Below are positions 38,833-47,111 of a stretch of DNA of 64,000 bases, one piece after another; position 1 is the first letter of the stretch; every line of letters begins with the position of its first letter. The notes under the pieces were generated by a model. That model did not search any database. It was not told the origin of the DNA and worked only from the letters and a program-made list of their open reading frames with translations. The stretch spans positions 35,690-99,689 of the forward strand of contig JBLRWO010000009.1 in NCBI GenBank assembly GCA_047921215.1. Reading direction: 5' to 3'. The translations under genes and the position numbers were made by a program. This DNA comes from Cyclonatronaceae bacterium. GTDB taxonomy: Bacteria; Bacteroidota; Rhodothermia; Balneolales; Cyclonatronaceae.

Positions 38833-40068
38833 ATGAGTAATCAAAAAAACAGAGGTTCGTCCAGGCGTAAAAAGCGTGGCAAACAAAAAACACAACAAAA
38901 AGGACGGGGTGGGCAGTCAGCTGTACAAACCCCCGATTTTTTGGAAAATCGGCACGTTACACACGGCGGAACTTACTCCGGGGTGATCGAAGTGAATGAA
39001 AATGGTTACGGCTTCATAAGAAAGCTGAATCACGACTTTTCGAAGACACCCAAGGATCCATTTGTGGTACCGAACATGGTTCGAAGGATGTATCTTAAAA
39101 TGGGCCTTGAACTGGAGGGGGAACTTGAAAAAGATCAAAGAGGGAACCACCGGGTACTCACCGTTGACAAGGTAAACGGCAAACCCATTGAAGAATGGAT
39201 GAAAGCAAGGAGATTTGAACTTCAGACCCCCATCATGCCGGTTGAACAGATCAGGCTGGCCCACAGTGAAGACGATATCGATCTGCGCGTTATAGACCTG
39301 ATTGCCCCGATTGGAATGGGTCAGCGTTCACTTATTGTAGCACCTCCCCGAACTGGTAAAACAGTTTTACTGAAGCAGATAGCCGGTACCATCGACGAAC
39401 ACTATCCCGATATCTGCCTGGCCGTACTGCTTGTTGATGAACGCCCGGAAGAGGTAACCGATTTCATGAGGACCACAAAAGGCCATGTATTCGCATCCTC
39501 AAACGACAAATCTACCGAAAGCCATACCCGGATATCGGAGCTGGCTCTCGGCTTTGTAAAAAGAAAAGCGGAAATGGGTCAGAATGCAGTGTTACTCATC
39601 GACTCACTCACACGGATGGGACGGGCCTACAATGCCGCTCAGACCAACTCAGGGAGAACCCTATCCGGCGGTCTCGACATCAGGGCACTGGAAATACCGA
39701 AGCGGATTTTCGGCTCAGCCCGGAAAATCGAAAACGGCGGGTCGCTCACCATCATCGCAACCTGCCTGGTGGAAACCAACTCCCGGATGGATGACCTTAT
39801 CTTTGAAGAATTCAAGGGTACGGGTAACATGGAACTGGTACTCGACCGCGATCTTGCCAACGACCGCGTATTTCCAGCCATTAACATTGCGGCTTCAGGT
39901 ACCCGGAATGAAGACCGTTTCATCGAAGAGTCGATGGAAGAGCGTAATGTAATACGGCGTTATCTTCTCAGAAAAACCCCCAAGGAGTCGATGGTCAGCC
40001 TGCTGCAGGTTCTCAGACGTACAAAGAGTAACAAGGAACTGCTGGATCAGATCGCGACATTCGCCTGA
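38833..40068 (+). CDS. rho: Transcription termination factor Rho
   Basis: The CSD-like RNA-binding motif GVIEVNENGYGFIR, Walker A PPRTGKT, VLLVDERPEEV and the C-terminal RecA fold. The N-terminus is a short Arg/Lys-rich segment. Confidence 0.93.
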   Translation: MSNQKNRGSSRRKKRGKQKTQQKGRGGQSAVQTPDFLENRHVTHGGTYSGVIEVNENGYGFIRKLNHDFSKTPKDPFVVPNMVRRMYLKMGLELEGELEKDQRGNHRVLTVDKVNGKPIEEWMKARRFELQTPIMPVEQIRLAHSEDDIDLRVIDLIAPIGMGQRSLIVAPPRTGKTVLLKQIAGTIDEHYPDICLAVLLVDERPEEVTDFMRTTKGHVFASSNDKSTESHTRISELALGFVKRKAEMGQNAVLLIDSLTRMGRAYNAAQTNSGRTLSGGLDIRALEIPKRIFGSARKIENGGSLTIIATCLVETNSRMDDLIFEEFKGTGNMELVLDRDLANDRVFPAINIAASGTRNEDRFIEESMEERNVIRRYLLRKTPKESMVSLLQVLRRTKSNKELLDQIATFA

Positions 40069-40389
40069 TTAGTATTCCTTCATCCCGGGATCGATCTCCC
40101 TTGCCCACTGGTTGATGCCACCCAGCAGGTTTTTCGGGTTCTTAAAACCGTATTCCTTCAGAATTTTTACCGCATCCACACTCCGTTCGCCGGTGCGGCA
40201 GTGTACGATAACCTCCGCTCCCTTTTTGTCGTCGATCTCATACATCCTGTTTTCAAGTTCCGGCAGGGGAATGACAAAGCCATTCAGATTGCTGATGTCA
40301 TATTCGTACTCTTCCCTTACATCCAGGATAAAAATATCATCTCCGTTTTTCAGTTTTTCACTGAGCTCCTGTACAGTTATATCGATCAT
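40069..40389 (-). CDS. Rhodanese-like domain protein
   Basis: 106 aa. Active-site loop VHCRTGERS. Confidence 0.85.
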   Translation of the reverse strand: MIDITVQELSEKLKNGDDIFILDVREEYEYDISNLNGFVIPLPELENRMYEIDDKKGAEVIVHCRTGERSVDAVKILKEYGFKNPKNLLGGINQWAREIDPGMKEY

Positions 40390-40397
40390 CGTGCAGT

Positions 40398-41150
40398 CTA
40401 TTTAATTTCGTATCGATCCAGTTTGAATTGTGCGCCAAGATATAATTTTTTTGCCTCATCATCTTCAGCAAGATAGTCGGCCGTACCCTCCTTAAGGATT
40501 TTGCCTTCAAACATCAGGTAGGCCCTGTCGGTGATGGCGAGGGTTTCGTGTACGTTATGATCGGTAATAAAGATTCCGATATTCCGCTGCTTCAGTTTGT
40601 AGACAATATCCTGAATATCTTCAACTGCGATAGGGTCAACACCTGCAAAGGGCTCATCCAGCAGAATAAATTTCGGATCTGTTATCAATGCCCGTGCTAT
40701 TTCGGTGCGCCGGCGTTCACCCCCCGACAGGTTATACCCCCTGCTGCCGGCAACGGTTTGCAGATTGAACTCTTCGATCAGCCTGTCGGCCTTCTCACGG
40801 ATCACACTACGGGGAAGCGAGGTATACTCAAGTACCGCCTCGAGATTCTGCCTCACCGTCAGGTTCCTGAAAACACTGGCTTCCTGGGCCAGATACCCGA
40901 TACCAAGCCTTGCCCGCTTGTACATGGGCCGGGTGGTTATATCCAGTTCATTCAGATATATGGACCCCTTTTCAGGACGCACCAGACCAATGAACATATA
41001 AAATGTGGTTGTTTTGCCCGCACCATTGGGACCGAGCAACCCGACAATCTCCCCCTGTTGCACACTAATCGACACGTCGGAAACAACCACACGTTTCCGG
41101 TAGCGCTTTAACAGGTGTTTGGAATGCAGGATTTGAGGTGCAGATTCCAT
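40398..41150 (-). CDS. lptB: LPS export ABC transporter ATP-binding protein
   Basis: GPNGAGKTT, LSGGERRRTEIARAL, and an LptB-type C-terminal extension. 250 aa. Confidence 0.88.
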   Translation of the reverse strand: MESAPQILHSKHLLKRYRKRVVVSDVSISVQQGEIVGLLGPNGAGKTTTFYMFIGLVRPEKGSIYLNELDITTRPMYKRARLGIGYLAQEASVFRNLTVRQNLEAVLEYTSLPRSVIREKADRLIEEFNLQTVAGSRGYNLSGGERRRTEIARALITDPKFILLDEPFAGVDPIAVEDIQDIVYKLKQRNIGIFITDHNVHETLAITDRAYLMFEGKILKEGTADYLAEDDEAKKLYLGAQFKLDRYEIK

Positions 41151-41331
41151 AAGGATGCAACCTTTATTTTAAAGAGGATTATTCAGTAAAATATTCATGC
41201 CGGTCCGACTAAAAATGAGTATCGATTCCGTACCGGCCCGATCGATTGAACAGCCTTGCCACCCGGAAACAGATACCAGGAATGAACCTTGAATATACAC
41301 TGGTATCTGCCGCCAGGCTTTGGTTTCCGCA

Positions 41332-42036
41332 TTATACAGAGACCATGTTTTGCAGAATGGATTTGAATATGTATTGCCCGTCGGCTGAACCGAGCTCTTT
41401 TTCCACAGCCCTTTCCGGGTGCGGCATCATTCCGAGTACATTGCGGTTTTCATTACAAATGCCGGCAATGTTAAGTGCAGCCCCGTTGGGATTGAATGCA
41501 TCGCCGGCCTCACCCGTCGCACTGCAGTAGGTAAAAACAATCTGACCATTATCACGAAGACGGTCGAGTGTTTCCTGGTCGGCGATGTAATTACCTTCGC
41601 CGTGGGCCACCGGTATTCGCAGGATGGTACCTTCGGGTATGGCCGATGTAAACGGTGTACCGGCATTCTCCGTTTTAAGGTTAACGAATTTGCAGGTGAA
41701 ACGCAGTTGCCGGTTGTGCAGCATGGCTCCCGGCAGCAGTCCGCTTTCGAGCAGTATCTGGAAACCGTTACAGATACCAATCACCAGGCCGCCCTTGTTT
41801 GCAAATTCAACCACCGCTTTCATGACCGGAGAAAAACGTGCAATGGCTCCCGACCTCAGGTAATCGCCGTATGAGAACCCACCGGGAATCACTACTACAT
41901 CCACATCGCCCAGATCGTGTTCCTTGTGCCAGATAAAACGCGTTTCACAACCCACCACATGCTTGAGGGCATGATAGGCATCGTGATCACAGTTTGAACC
42001 TGGAAATACCAGCACTCCGAATTTAACCGACATCAC
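41332..42036 (-). CDS. purQ: Phosphoribosylformylglycinamidine synthase subunit PurQ (glutaminase)
   Basis: [24 protein letters not shown] and MMPHPER are class-I amidotransferase / PurQ motifs. Confidence 0.93.
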   Translation of the reverse strand: MMSVKFGVLVFPGSNCDHDAYHALKHVVGCETRFIWHKEHDLGDVDVVVIPGGFSYGDYLRSGAIARFSPVMKAVVEFANKGGLVIGICNGFQILLESGLLPGAMLHNRQLRFTCKFVNLKTENAGTPFTSAIPEGTILRIPVAHGEGNYIADQETLDRLRDNGQIVFTYCSATGEAGDAFNPNGAALNIAGICNENRNVLGMMPHPERAVEKELGSADGQYIFKSILQNMVSV

Positions 42037-42050
42037 TTATCCTTTCCTAT

Positions 42051-42311
42051 TCACGCTTGTTGTGCAGCAGTTATGAGTTCTATCTCATAGACTTCCATTA
42101 CTTCGTTAACGAGCAGTTTTTCGCAGGCATTGCGGGCGATATCGAGAGCATCCTGCTCGCCGGAGGCTTCAATTCTGAGATCTACCACCTTGCCAATCCG
42201 TACGTCGGTGATCCCGTCAAAGCCGATGTTCCTGAGAGCGCCATAAGCCGCCTTGCCCTTTGGATCGAGTATCGATTTTTTGAGTGTTACGTAAATTCTT
42301 GCGTGATACAT
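42051..42311 (-). CDS. purS: Phosphoribosylformylglycinamidine synthase subunit PurS
   Basis: 86 aa with VTLKKSILDPKGKA, located upstream of purQ. Confidence 0.9.
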   Translation of the reverse strand: MYHARIYVTLKKSILDPKGKAAYGALRNIGFDGITDVRIGKVVDLRIEASGEQDALDIARNACEKLLVNEVMEVYEIELITAAQQA

Positions 42312-42358
42312 GACATTGATTTGAGGTATATGGGAAAGAAGTGAATTTAGCTTGATTT

Positions 42359-43291
42359 TTACTCAGCTGCCACCCTTCTTATGGTATCCGCTATCAGTTC
42401 TGCCATATCAGCCGGCTTTTTATCATCCGCATCAATCCATCGTACAAAATCCCATCTTCTGAGCCAGGTGAGTTGCCGCCGGGCGTACCTCCTGCTGCCT
42501 GTTTTGATGTCGGCCACCATTTGGTCGTGGGTACAACTGTCCTGCAGGTAACTAACCACTTCACGGTACCCTACACTCTGCAGCGATTGCAGGGAGGGCT
42601 TATACCCGTTCTCAATCAGCTTTCTGACCTCATCTACCAGCCCGGCACTGATCATCCGGTCGACCCGTTCATTGATCCTGTCATGAAGTGTCTGCCTTGG
42701 CAGGTTCAGCGCGAAAACGAAACGGTTCCGGCCGGGGAGTGGCTTCTTGCCGGTATGAAATGAACTGAACGGCTTTCCGGTCTGCATCCAGACATCAAGG
42801 GCCCGGTATATGCGGTGCCGGTTCAGACCGTCCATGGACGATGCGCAGGACGGATCGATCTCTTTGAGCCTTTCAAAGAGCCCCTCAAGGCCCAGCGTTG
42901 ATTCTTCCATCCGCAAGTGGTTGATGTTATCATCATTACGTGCCGGCAGCGGGTCCATGGGAAAAATGAGTTCCTGAAGGTGCAGCGTGCTGCCACCGGC
43001 AATCAGTACGGGTTTTCTGTTTGCCAGTATCTCCTGCTCCCATGCGGCAACCCTTCGGGCAAACTGTCTTGATGAGTCATCCTGATCGGGATCGAGCACG
43101 GATATATTATAGTGTTTTACCCGGGCTAGTACATCGGGCGGGGGTTTGTCGGTTCCGATATCCAGATGCCGGAAACACTGCCTCGAATCAGCTGAAATAA
43201 CCGGACAGGCCCACATTCTGGCCAGTTCAAGGGCGGTATTCGTCTTACCTGAAGCGGTTGGTCCGGTTATGAATACCCTTGTTTCGGTCAA
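42359..43291 (-). CDS. miaA: tRNA dimethylallyltransferase
   Basis: ITGPTASGKT P-loop, VISADSRQ, and YARRQLTWLRR. Confidence 0.92.
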   Translation of the reverse strand: MTETRVFITGPTASGKTNTALELARMWACPVISADSRQCFRHLDIGTDKPPPDVLARVKHYNISVLDPDQDDSSRQFARRVAAWEQEILANRKPVLIAGGSTLHLQELIFPMDPLPARNDDNINHLRMEESTLGLEGLFERLKEIDPSCASSMDGLNRHRIYRALDVWMQTGKPFSSFHTGKKPLPGRNRFVFALNLPRQTLHDRINERVDRMISAGLVDEVRKLIENGYKPSLQSLQSVGYREVVSYLQDSCTHDQMVADIKTGSRRYARRQLTWLRRWDFVRWIDADDKKPADMAELIADTIRRVAAE

Positions 43292-43297
43292 TACAGA

Positions 43298-44398
43298 TCA
43301 GTTGCGGCCAGCCAGACGGCCCAAGGTGAAGGTTACAGAAATTCTGTGGGTGAAACCCAGGTCGGAGCTTACCCCCGCAAAACTGGCAAAACCGTAATCG
43401 AGGTTAAATGCCCCGAATTGCAGGCCTGCCCCGAGTGTCGGGGAAATATACAGGGATGAACTCTGATCGGTGGCAATATCGGTGAGCCCGGCCCTCAGGA
43501 AAACGGCATCACGGTAACCGACTTCAGCACCCAGGTGCGGTTCAAAACTGACGGGACCCGCATTGATATAGAATGCCCTGCGGTTTTCAAACCTGAGATC
43601 GGTATCGGTGGCCACGAGCAGGCGGAAATCGCCAAAATGAAAATAACGGCCCACGCCGATCTTGACCGTTGGCCGGATCAACTCATTTTCACCGGCCGGA
43701 ACCTCGTCACCGAATTCATCGGCCAGCGGCTGCAGGCGTGCGGCATCCACTGTCCAGAACTTCATCATGGTAGTGATGTCCATAAGGTTCACCCCGAAAT
43801 GGTACTCATTCCAGCGGTACATCAGGCCGGCGTCGATACTGTAGCCCCACGCATTGGCAAATGGTCCGAGCCGGCTGTGCACTACTTTGGCCGAAACACC
43901 CCACTGTAGCTGCTCGCTGACCGGATTGGCGTAGGAGAGGAAAAAAGCCATGTCGGAGGCGCTAAACTCGGTGATGTAATCAGCGGGATTGTCACGGGGA
44001 CGGTTCCGCTCCCTGTCCCATGCATTGAGGGTGTTTTTAATGCGATCTACACCCTGACGGAAAAAACTCACAGCCAGGGCCGCATCAGAACCCGGCAGGC
44101 GAAAGGCAACAGCACCATAATCGTAACCAACTATGCCATTGAAGCGCTCAGAATGCATGTAGGCCGCTTCTGTGGAGGTTATACTGGCCAGGCCTGCCGG
44201 ATTCCAGTAACCCGAGGTTACATCCCCGGTAATGGCTACCTGCGCGCTTCCCATACCCAGCGCGCGTGCTCCCCCACCTACAGACAGGAAGTCGCCGCCA
44301 AACGATACGCCCAAAAAACCCTGACCAAAGGAAGGTACCGTCAGAACAGCGGTTAACAGAACGGTGAAAAGTGCCGTTTTAAGCTTCAAAAGAGTCAA
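43298..44398 (-). CDS. PorV/PorQ-like outer-membrane beta-barrel protein (tentative)
   Basis: Signal peptide, then GGGARALGMGSAQVAITGDVTSGYWNPAGLA, which resembles the PorV/PorQ (FadL-like) N-terminal motif. 366 aa. Confidence 0.5.
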   Translation of the reverse strand: MTLLKLKTALFTVLLTAVLTVPSFGQGFLGVSFGGDFLSVGGGARALGMGSAQVAITGDVTSGYWNPAGLASITSTEAAYMHSERFNGIVGYDYGAVAFRLPGSDAALAVSFFRQGVDRIKNTLNAWDRERNRPRDNPADYITEFSASDMAFFLSYANPVSEQLQWGVSAKVVHSRLGPFANAWGYSIDAGLMYRWNEYHFGVNLMDITTMMKFWTVDAARLQPLADEFGDEVPAGENELIRPTVKIGVGRYFHFGDFRLLVATDTDLRFENRRAFYINAGPVSFEPHLGAEVGYRDAVFLRAGLTDIATDQSSSLYISPTLGAGLQFGAFNLDYGFASFAGVSSDLGFTHRISVTFTLGRLAGRN

Positions 44399-44734
44399 CA
44401 GATTTACAGTTCACATTATATGAATCGGAAGAATACAATATAATTAAAAAGGGACACGCAATTATAACATTTGGATCATAATCGCAGCCGGCCCCTTCTT
44501 TTCCGGCCATTGTCTACCGGACTTTATAAAACGACCCGGCCACGTGTATCGTATCGGATTTGATTTGCCGGCCGGCATCCCGTTGAACGAGAACTGACGG
44601 AACCCCATTATATCACGGATGTTTATTCTTAATTAATTCATTAATAAACTGTATAATTGATTATAAATCCGACAAACCGCTACAAAACCCCAATGTGTGC
44701 AGCCTAACCAGCTCTGCAGGTCTATTCGCAACGT

Positions 44735-46246
44735 ATGCTTAGCGTTCTCTATATAATCATCACCGCCTTTATTGTTTTTGTACTGGCAAGAACGATTCTG
44801 TACACCGGCAGGAACCGTTTTGTTCAGCCGGTTGAAAAAGACGATATCCCCATAGATGATGCCGTCAGGCGCCTGAGCAGGGCAATCCAGTTCGAAACCG
44901 TATCCACGCAATCGCCCGACGACATCAACGGCGAAGCGTTCACCGGGATGCACCTGTTTCTGGAAAAGGAATTTCCCTTAATTCACAGCAACCTGAAAAG
45001 GGAAGTGATAAACCACTACAGCCTGCTCTTCACATGGCGAGGTTCCAATTCGGAACTCAAACCCGTAATGCTCACCAGTCACCTCGATGTGGTACCGGTC
45101 GAGCCTGGAACCGAAACAGACTGGGAACACCCGCCTTTCGGCGGCAACGTGAGCGACAGTTACATCTGGGGCCGCGGAGCCATGGATGTACAGTGTGGTG
45201 TTCTTGCCATACTGGAGTCGGTTGAATGGCTGCTTGCCAACGGTTACCAGCCCGAACGAACCATCTATCTTGGTTTCGGCCACGATGAAGAGATCGACGG
45301 AGAATTCGGTGCATCCTCGATCGGGCAGATTCTGAAAGAGCGCGGTGTGGAGCTCGACTTTCTGCTGGATGAGGGCCTGCCCATTGTTGAAGAGCTAATG
45401 GACCTGCTGAAGGGTCCGGTTGCCCTTGTTGCCATTGCCGAGAAAGGCTATCTGAGTGTTGAATTATCGGTTGAGACCGGGGGCGGTCACTCATCTGTAC
45501 CACAGGGGCTCACCTCCATTGCCCTGCTTTCGGAAGCCATCCACAAGCTTGAAAATAATCCGATGCCTGCCCGCATCGATGGACTGGTGAAGGAGATGCT
45601 TCAGTCGCTTGGATCACGGATGGCCATCGCCTACCGGATTGTAATGGCCAATATATGGCTTTTTCAGCGTGTGATTAAAGATCACCTGACAAAGCTGCCC
45701 GAAACGAGCGCTGTGCTGCGCACAACCGGAGCCGCTACGATCTTTGAATCGGGGATGAAAGAGAACGTACTGCCAACGCAGGCACGGGCTGTTATCAATT
45801 TCAGGTTGCATCCATCAGATTCAATCGCTGATGTTATTGATCATGTTCGGAAAACCATAAATGATCCGAGAATCCGGATTACAAAAATGCACGGGCACAT
45901 TGAACCCTCCCGGCTGTCGGATGTGAGTTCTGAAAGCTATAAAACACTCAGAAGGACCATCCGGGAAGTTTTCCCGGAGGTGACGGTTTCGCCTGCTCTC
46001 ATGATAGGTGCAACCGATGCCCGCCACTATGCCGCCCTGACCCCCAATATCTATCGTTTTCTGCCCCTGAGGGCTTCACGGAGTGATCTTGACCGGGTTC
46101 ACGGAACCAACGAACGGCTGTCTATCGGCAACTATGAGGAGATGATACAGTTCTATATTCAGCTGCTGCGTAATACATCGGTTATTAAAACCGGACCTGG
46201 CCCTATCAGGAATGAGACGATTGAGGTGACCTCTGATGCCGTCTGA
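44735..46246 (+). CDS. Membrane-anchored M20 family metallopeptidase
   Basis: N-terminal TM helix. SHLDVVP, GRGAMDVQ and GHDEEIDG are M20 metal-binding motifs. Confidence 0.85.
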   Translation: MLSVLYIIITAFIVFVLARTILYTGRNRFVQPVEKDDIPIDDAVRRLSRAIQFETVSTQSPDDINGEAFTGMHLFLEKEFPLIHSNLKREVINHYSLLFTWRGSNSELKPVMLTSHLDVVPVEPGTETDWEHPPFGGNVSDSYIWGRGAMDVQCGVLAILESVEWLLANGYQPERTIYLGFGHDEEIDGEFGASSIGQILKERGVELDFLLDEGLPIVEELMDLLKGPVALVAIAEKGYLSVELSVETGGGHSSVPQGLTSIALLSEAIHKLENNPMPARIDGLVKEMLQSLGSRMAIAYRIVMANIWLFQRVIKDHLTKLPETSAVLRTTGAATIFESGMKENVLPTQARAVINFRLHPSDSIADVIDHVRKTINDPRIRITKMHGHIEPSRLSDVSSESYKTLRRTIREVFPEVTVSPALMIGATDARHYAALTPNIYRFLPLRASRSDLDRVHGTNERLSIGNYEEMIQFYIQLLRNTSVIKTGPGPIRNETIEVTSDAV

Positions 46247-46763
46247 GGCTGAGCCCCATATCAACGGATGCTCTGTATGGCTGACCTTCGGCCGGGCCGA
46301 AAAAAAACTGGCTCATTATATTGCTCAACTGTCAGACCGTTTGAATACCCCCGTCTTCAGGCCTCACGTTACCCTCGCAGGACAGATTGGTTCTGAAAGG
46401 CGTTCGCTGCTTGAAACAACATCCTGGCTCGCCTCGGTTACCGATCCGTTCAGGATATATTGCCGGCAGTTCGGCAGCGAGCCTTCATATTTCAAAGCCC
46501 TCTACCTGGAAGTTACACTCGCTACCCCTCTAAAAGATCTTCGGTTGCTCACCGAAAAACATCTGCCTGCGGCCAGTCCCGGATTCATGCCTCATATCAG
46601 CCTTGTCTACGGAAACCTGAATGCAGAAAGCCGCAGTCAGATCATATCCGAACTCGGAATTATCCTGCCATATACCGCCGACGTAACCACCATCACCATC
46701 ATGAAAACCGATGGCCCCGTTTCCGCCTGGCACCAGATTAAAGAGTTCGAACTGGGCAACTAA
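46236..46763 (+). CDS. 2H phosphoesterase superfamily protein (cyclic phosphodiesterase or 2'-5' RNA ligase-like)
   Basis: Two H-x-T/S-x motifs (RPHVTLAG and MPHISLVYG) about 80 aa apart. It overlaps the upstream gene by 11 nt. Confidence 0.65.
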   Translation: MPSEAEPHINGCSVWLTFGRAEKKLAHYIAQLSDRLNTPVFRPHVTLAGQIGSERRSLLETTSWLASVTDPFRIYCRQFGSEPSYFKALYLEVTLATPLKDLRLLTEKHLPAASPGFMPHISLVYGNLNAESRSQIISELGIILPYTADVTTITIMKTDGPVSAWHQIKEFELGN

Positions 46764-46774
46764 AAACCCATCAG

Positions 46775-46890
46775 GCCACCTTCAAGAGTCCGGAGCGTGC
46801 ATTAAGCCACCTTCAAGAGTCCGGAGCGTGCATTAAGCCACCTTCAAGAGTCCCGGAGCGTGCATTAAGCCACCTTCAAGAGTCCGGAGC
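46775..46890. repeat. Tandem repeat, 31-nt unit, about 3.7 copies
   Basis: The unit is GCCACCTTCAAGAGTCCGGAGCGTGCATTAA. Copies lie at 46775-46805 and 46806-36, both identical. The copy at 46837-68 has a one-C insertion. The copy at 46869-90 is partial and then diverges. Confidence 0.95.
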
Positions 46891-46916
46891 GGAGCGGAGG
46901 TCCTTGAAGAGTGGCT

Positions 46917-46936
46917 GCGGATACCATGGTATCCGC
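46917..46936. repeat. Perfect 20-bp palindrome GCGGATACCATGGTATCCGC
   Basis: Read directly and self-complementary over all 20 nt. It overlaps the first copy of a tandem 12-mer. Confidence 0.95.
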
Positions 46937-46952
46937 ACAGGTATCCGCACAG
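46929..46952. repeat. Tandem duplication of the 12-mer GTATCCGCACAG
   Basis: 46929-46940 and 46941-46952 are identical. Confidence 0.95.
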
Positions 46953-46996
46953 CATCGCTGTTAATAATGCACATACTACCACTAATTTGTCAGCTT

Positions 46997-47025
46997 TTAA
47001 TAAAAACGGGGCATTTAAATGCCCC
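46997..47025 (-). terminator. Rho-independent terminator for the minus-strand GNAT/nitrilase gene
   Basis: On the minus strand, GGGGCATTTAAATGCCCC (47025-47008) forms a 7-bp stem with a 4-nt loop. It is followed by GTTTTTATT, 87 nt downstream of the stop at 47112. Confidence 0.7.
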
Positions 47026-47072
47026 TTCGATCAACTCTGCAAGGTCCTCCGCTGCGCTCCGGACTCTTGCAG

Positions 47073-47111
47073 GATGATCGAAGGTTGATCGAAGGATGAT
47101 CGCAGCTGATC
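47073..47111. repeat. Tandem 11-nt repeats each containing GATC (about 3.5 copies)
   Basis: GATGATCGAAG (47073-83), GTTGATCGAAG (47084-94), GATGATCGCAG (47095-105) and CTGATC (47106-11). The array abuts the stop codon of the minus-strand gene. Confidence 0.9.

Larger units (their letters stand above)
46877..47069. repeat. Long-range inverted repeat (29-nt arms, 27/29 complementary) enclosing 135 nt
   Basis: The left arm is CAAGAGTCCGGAGCGGAGCGGAGGTCCTT (46877-46905). The reverse complement of 47041-47069 is CAAGAGTCCGGAGCGCAGCGGAGGACCTT. Confidence 0.9.

Noticed and set aside
46775-46890. Considered a CRISPR array interpretation of the 31-nt repeats.
   Set aside because: The repeats are directly abutting with no unique spacers, there are only about 3.7 copies, and no cas genes are in the window.
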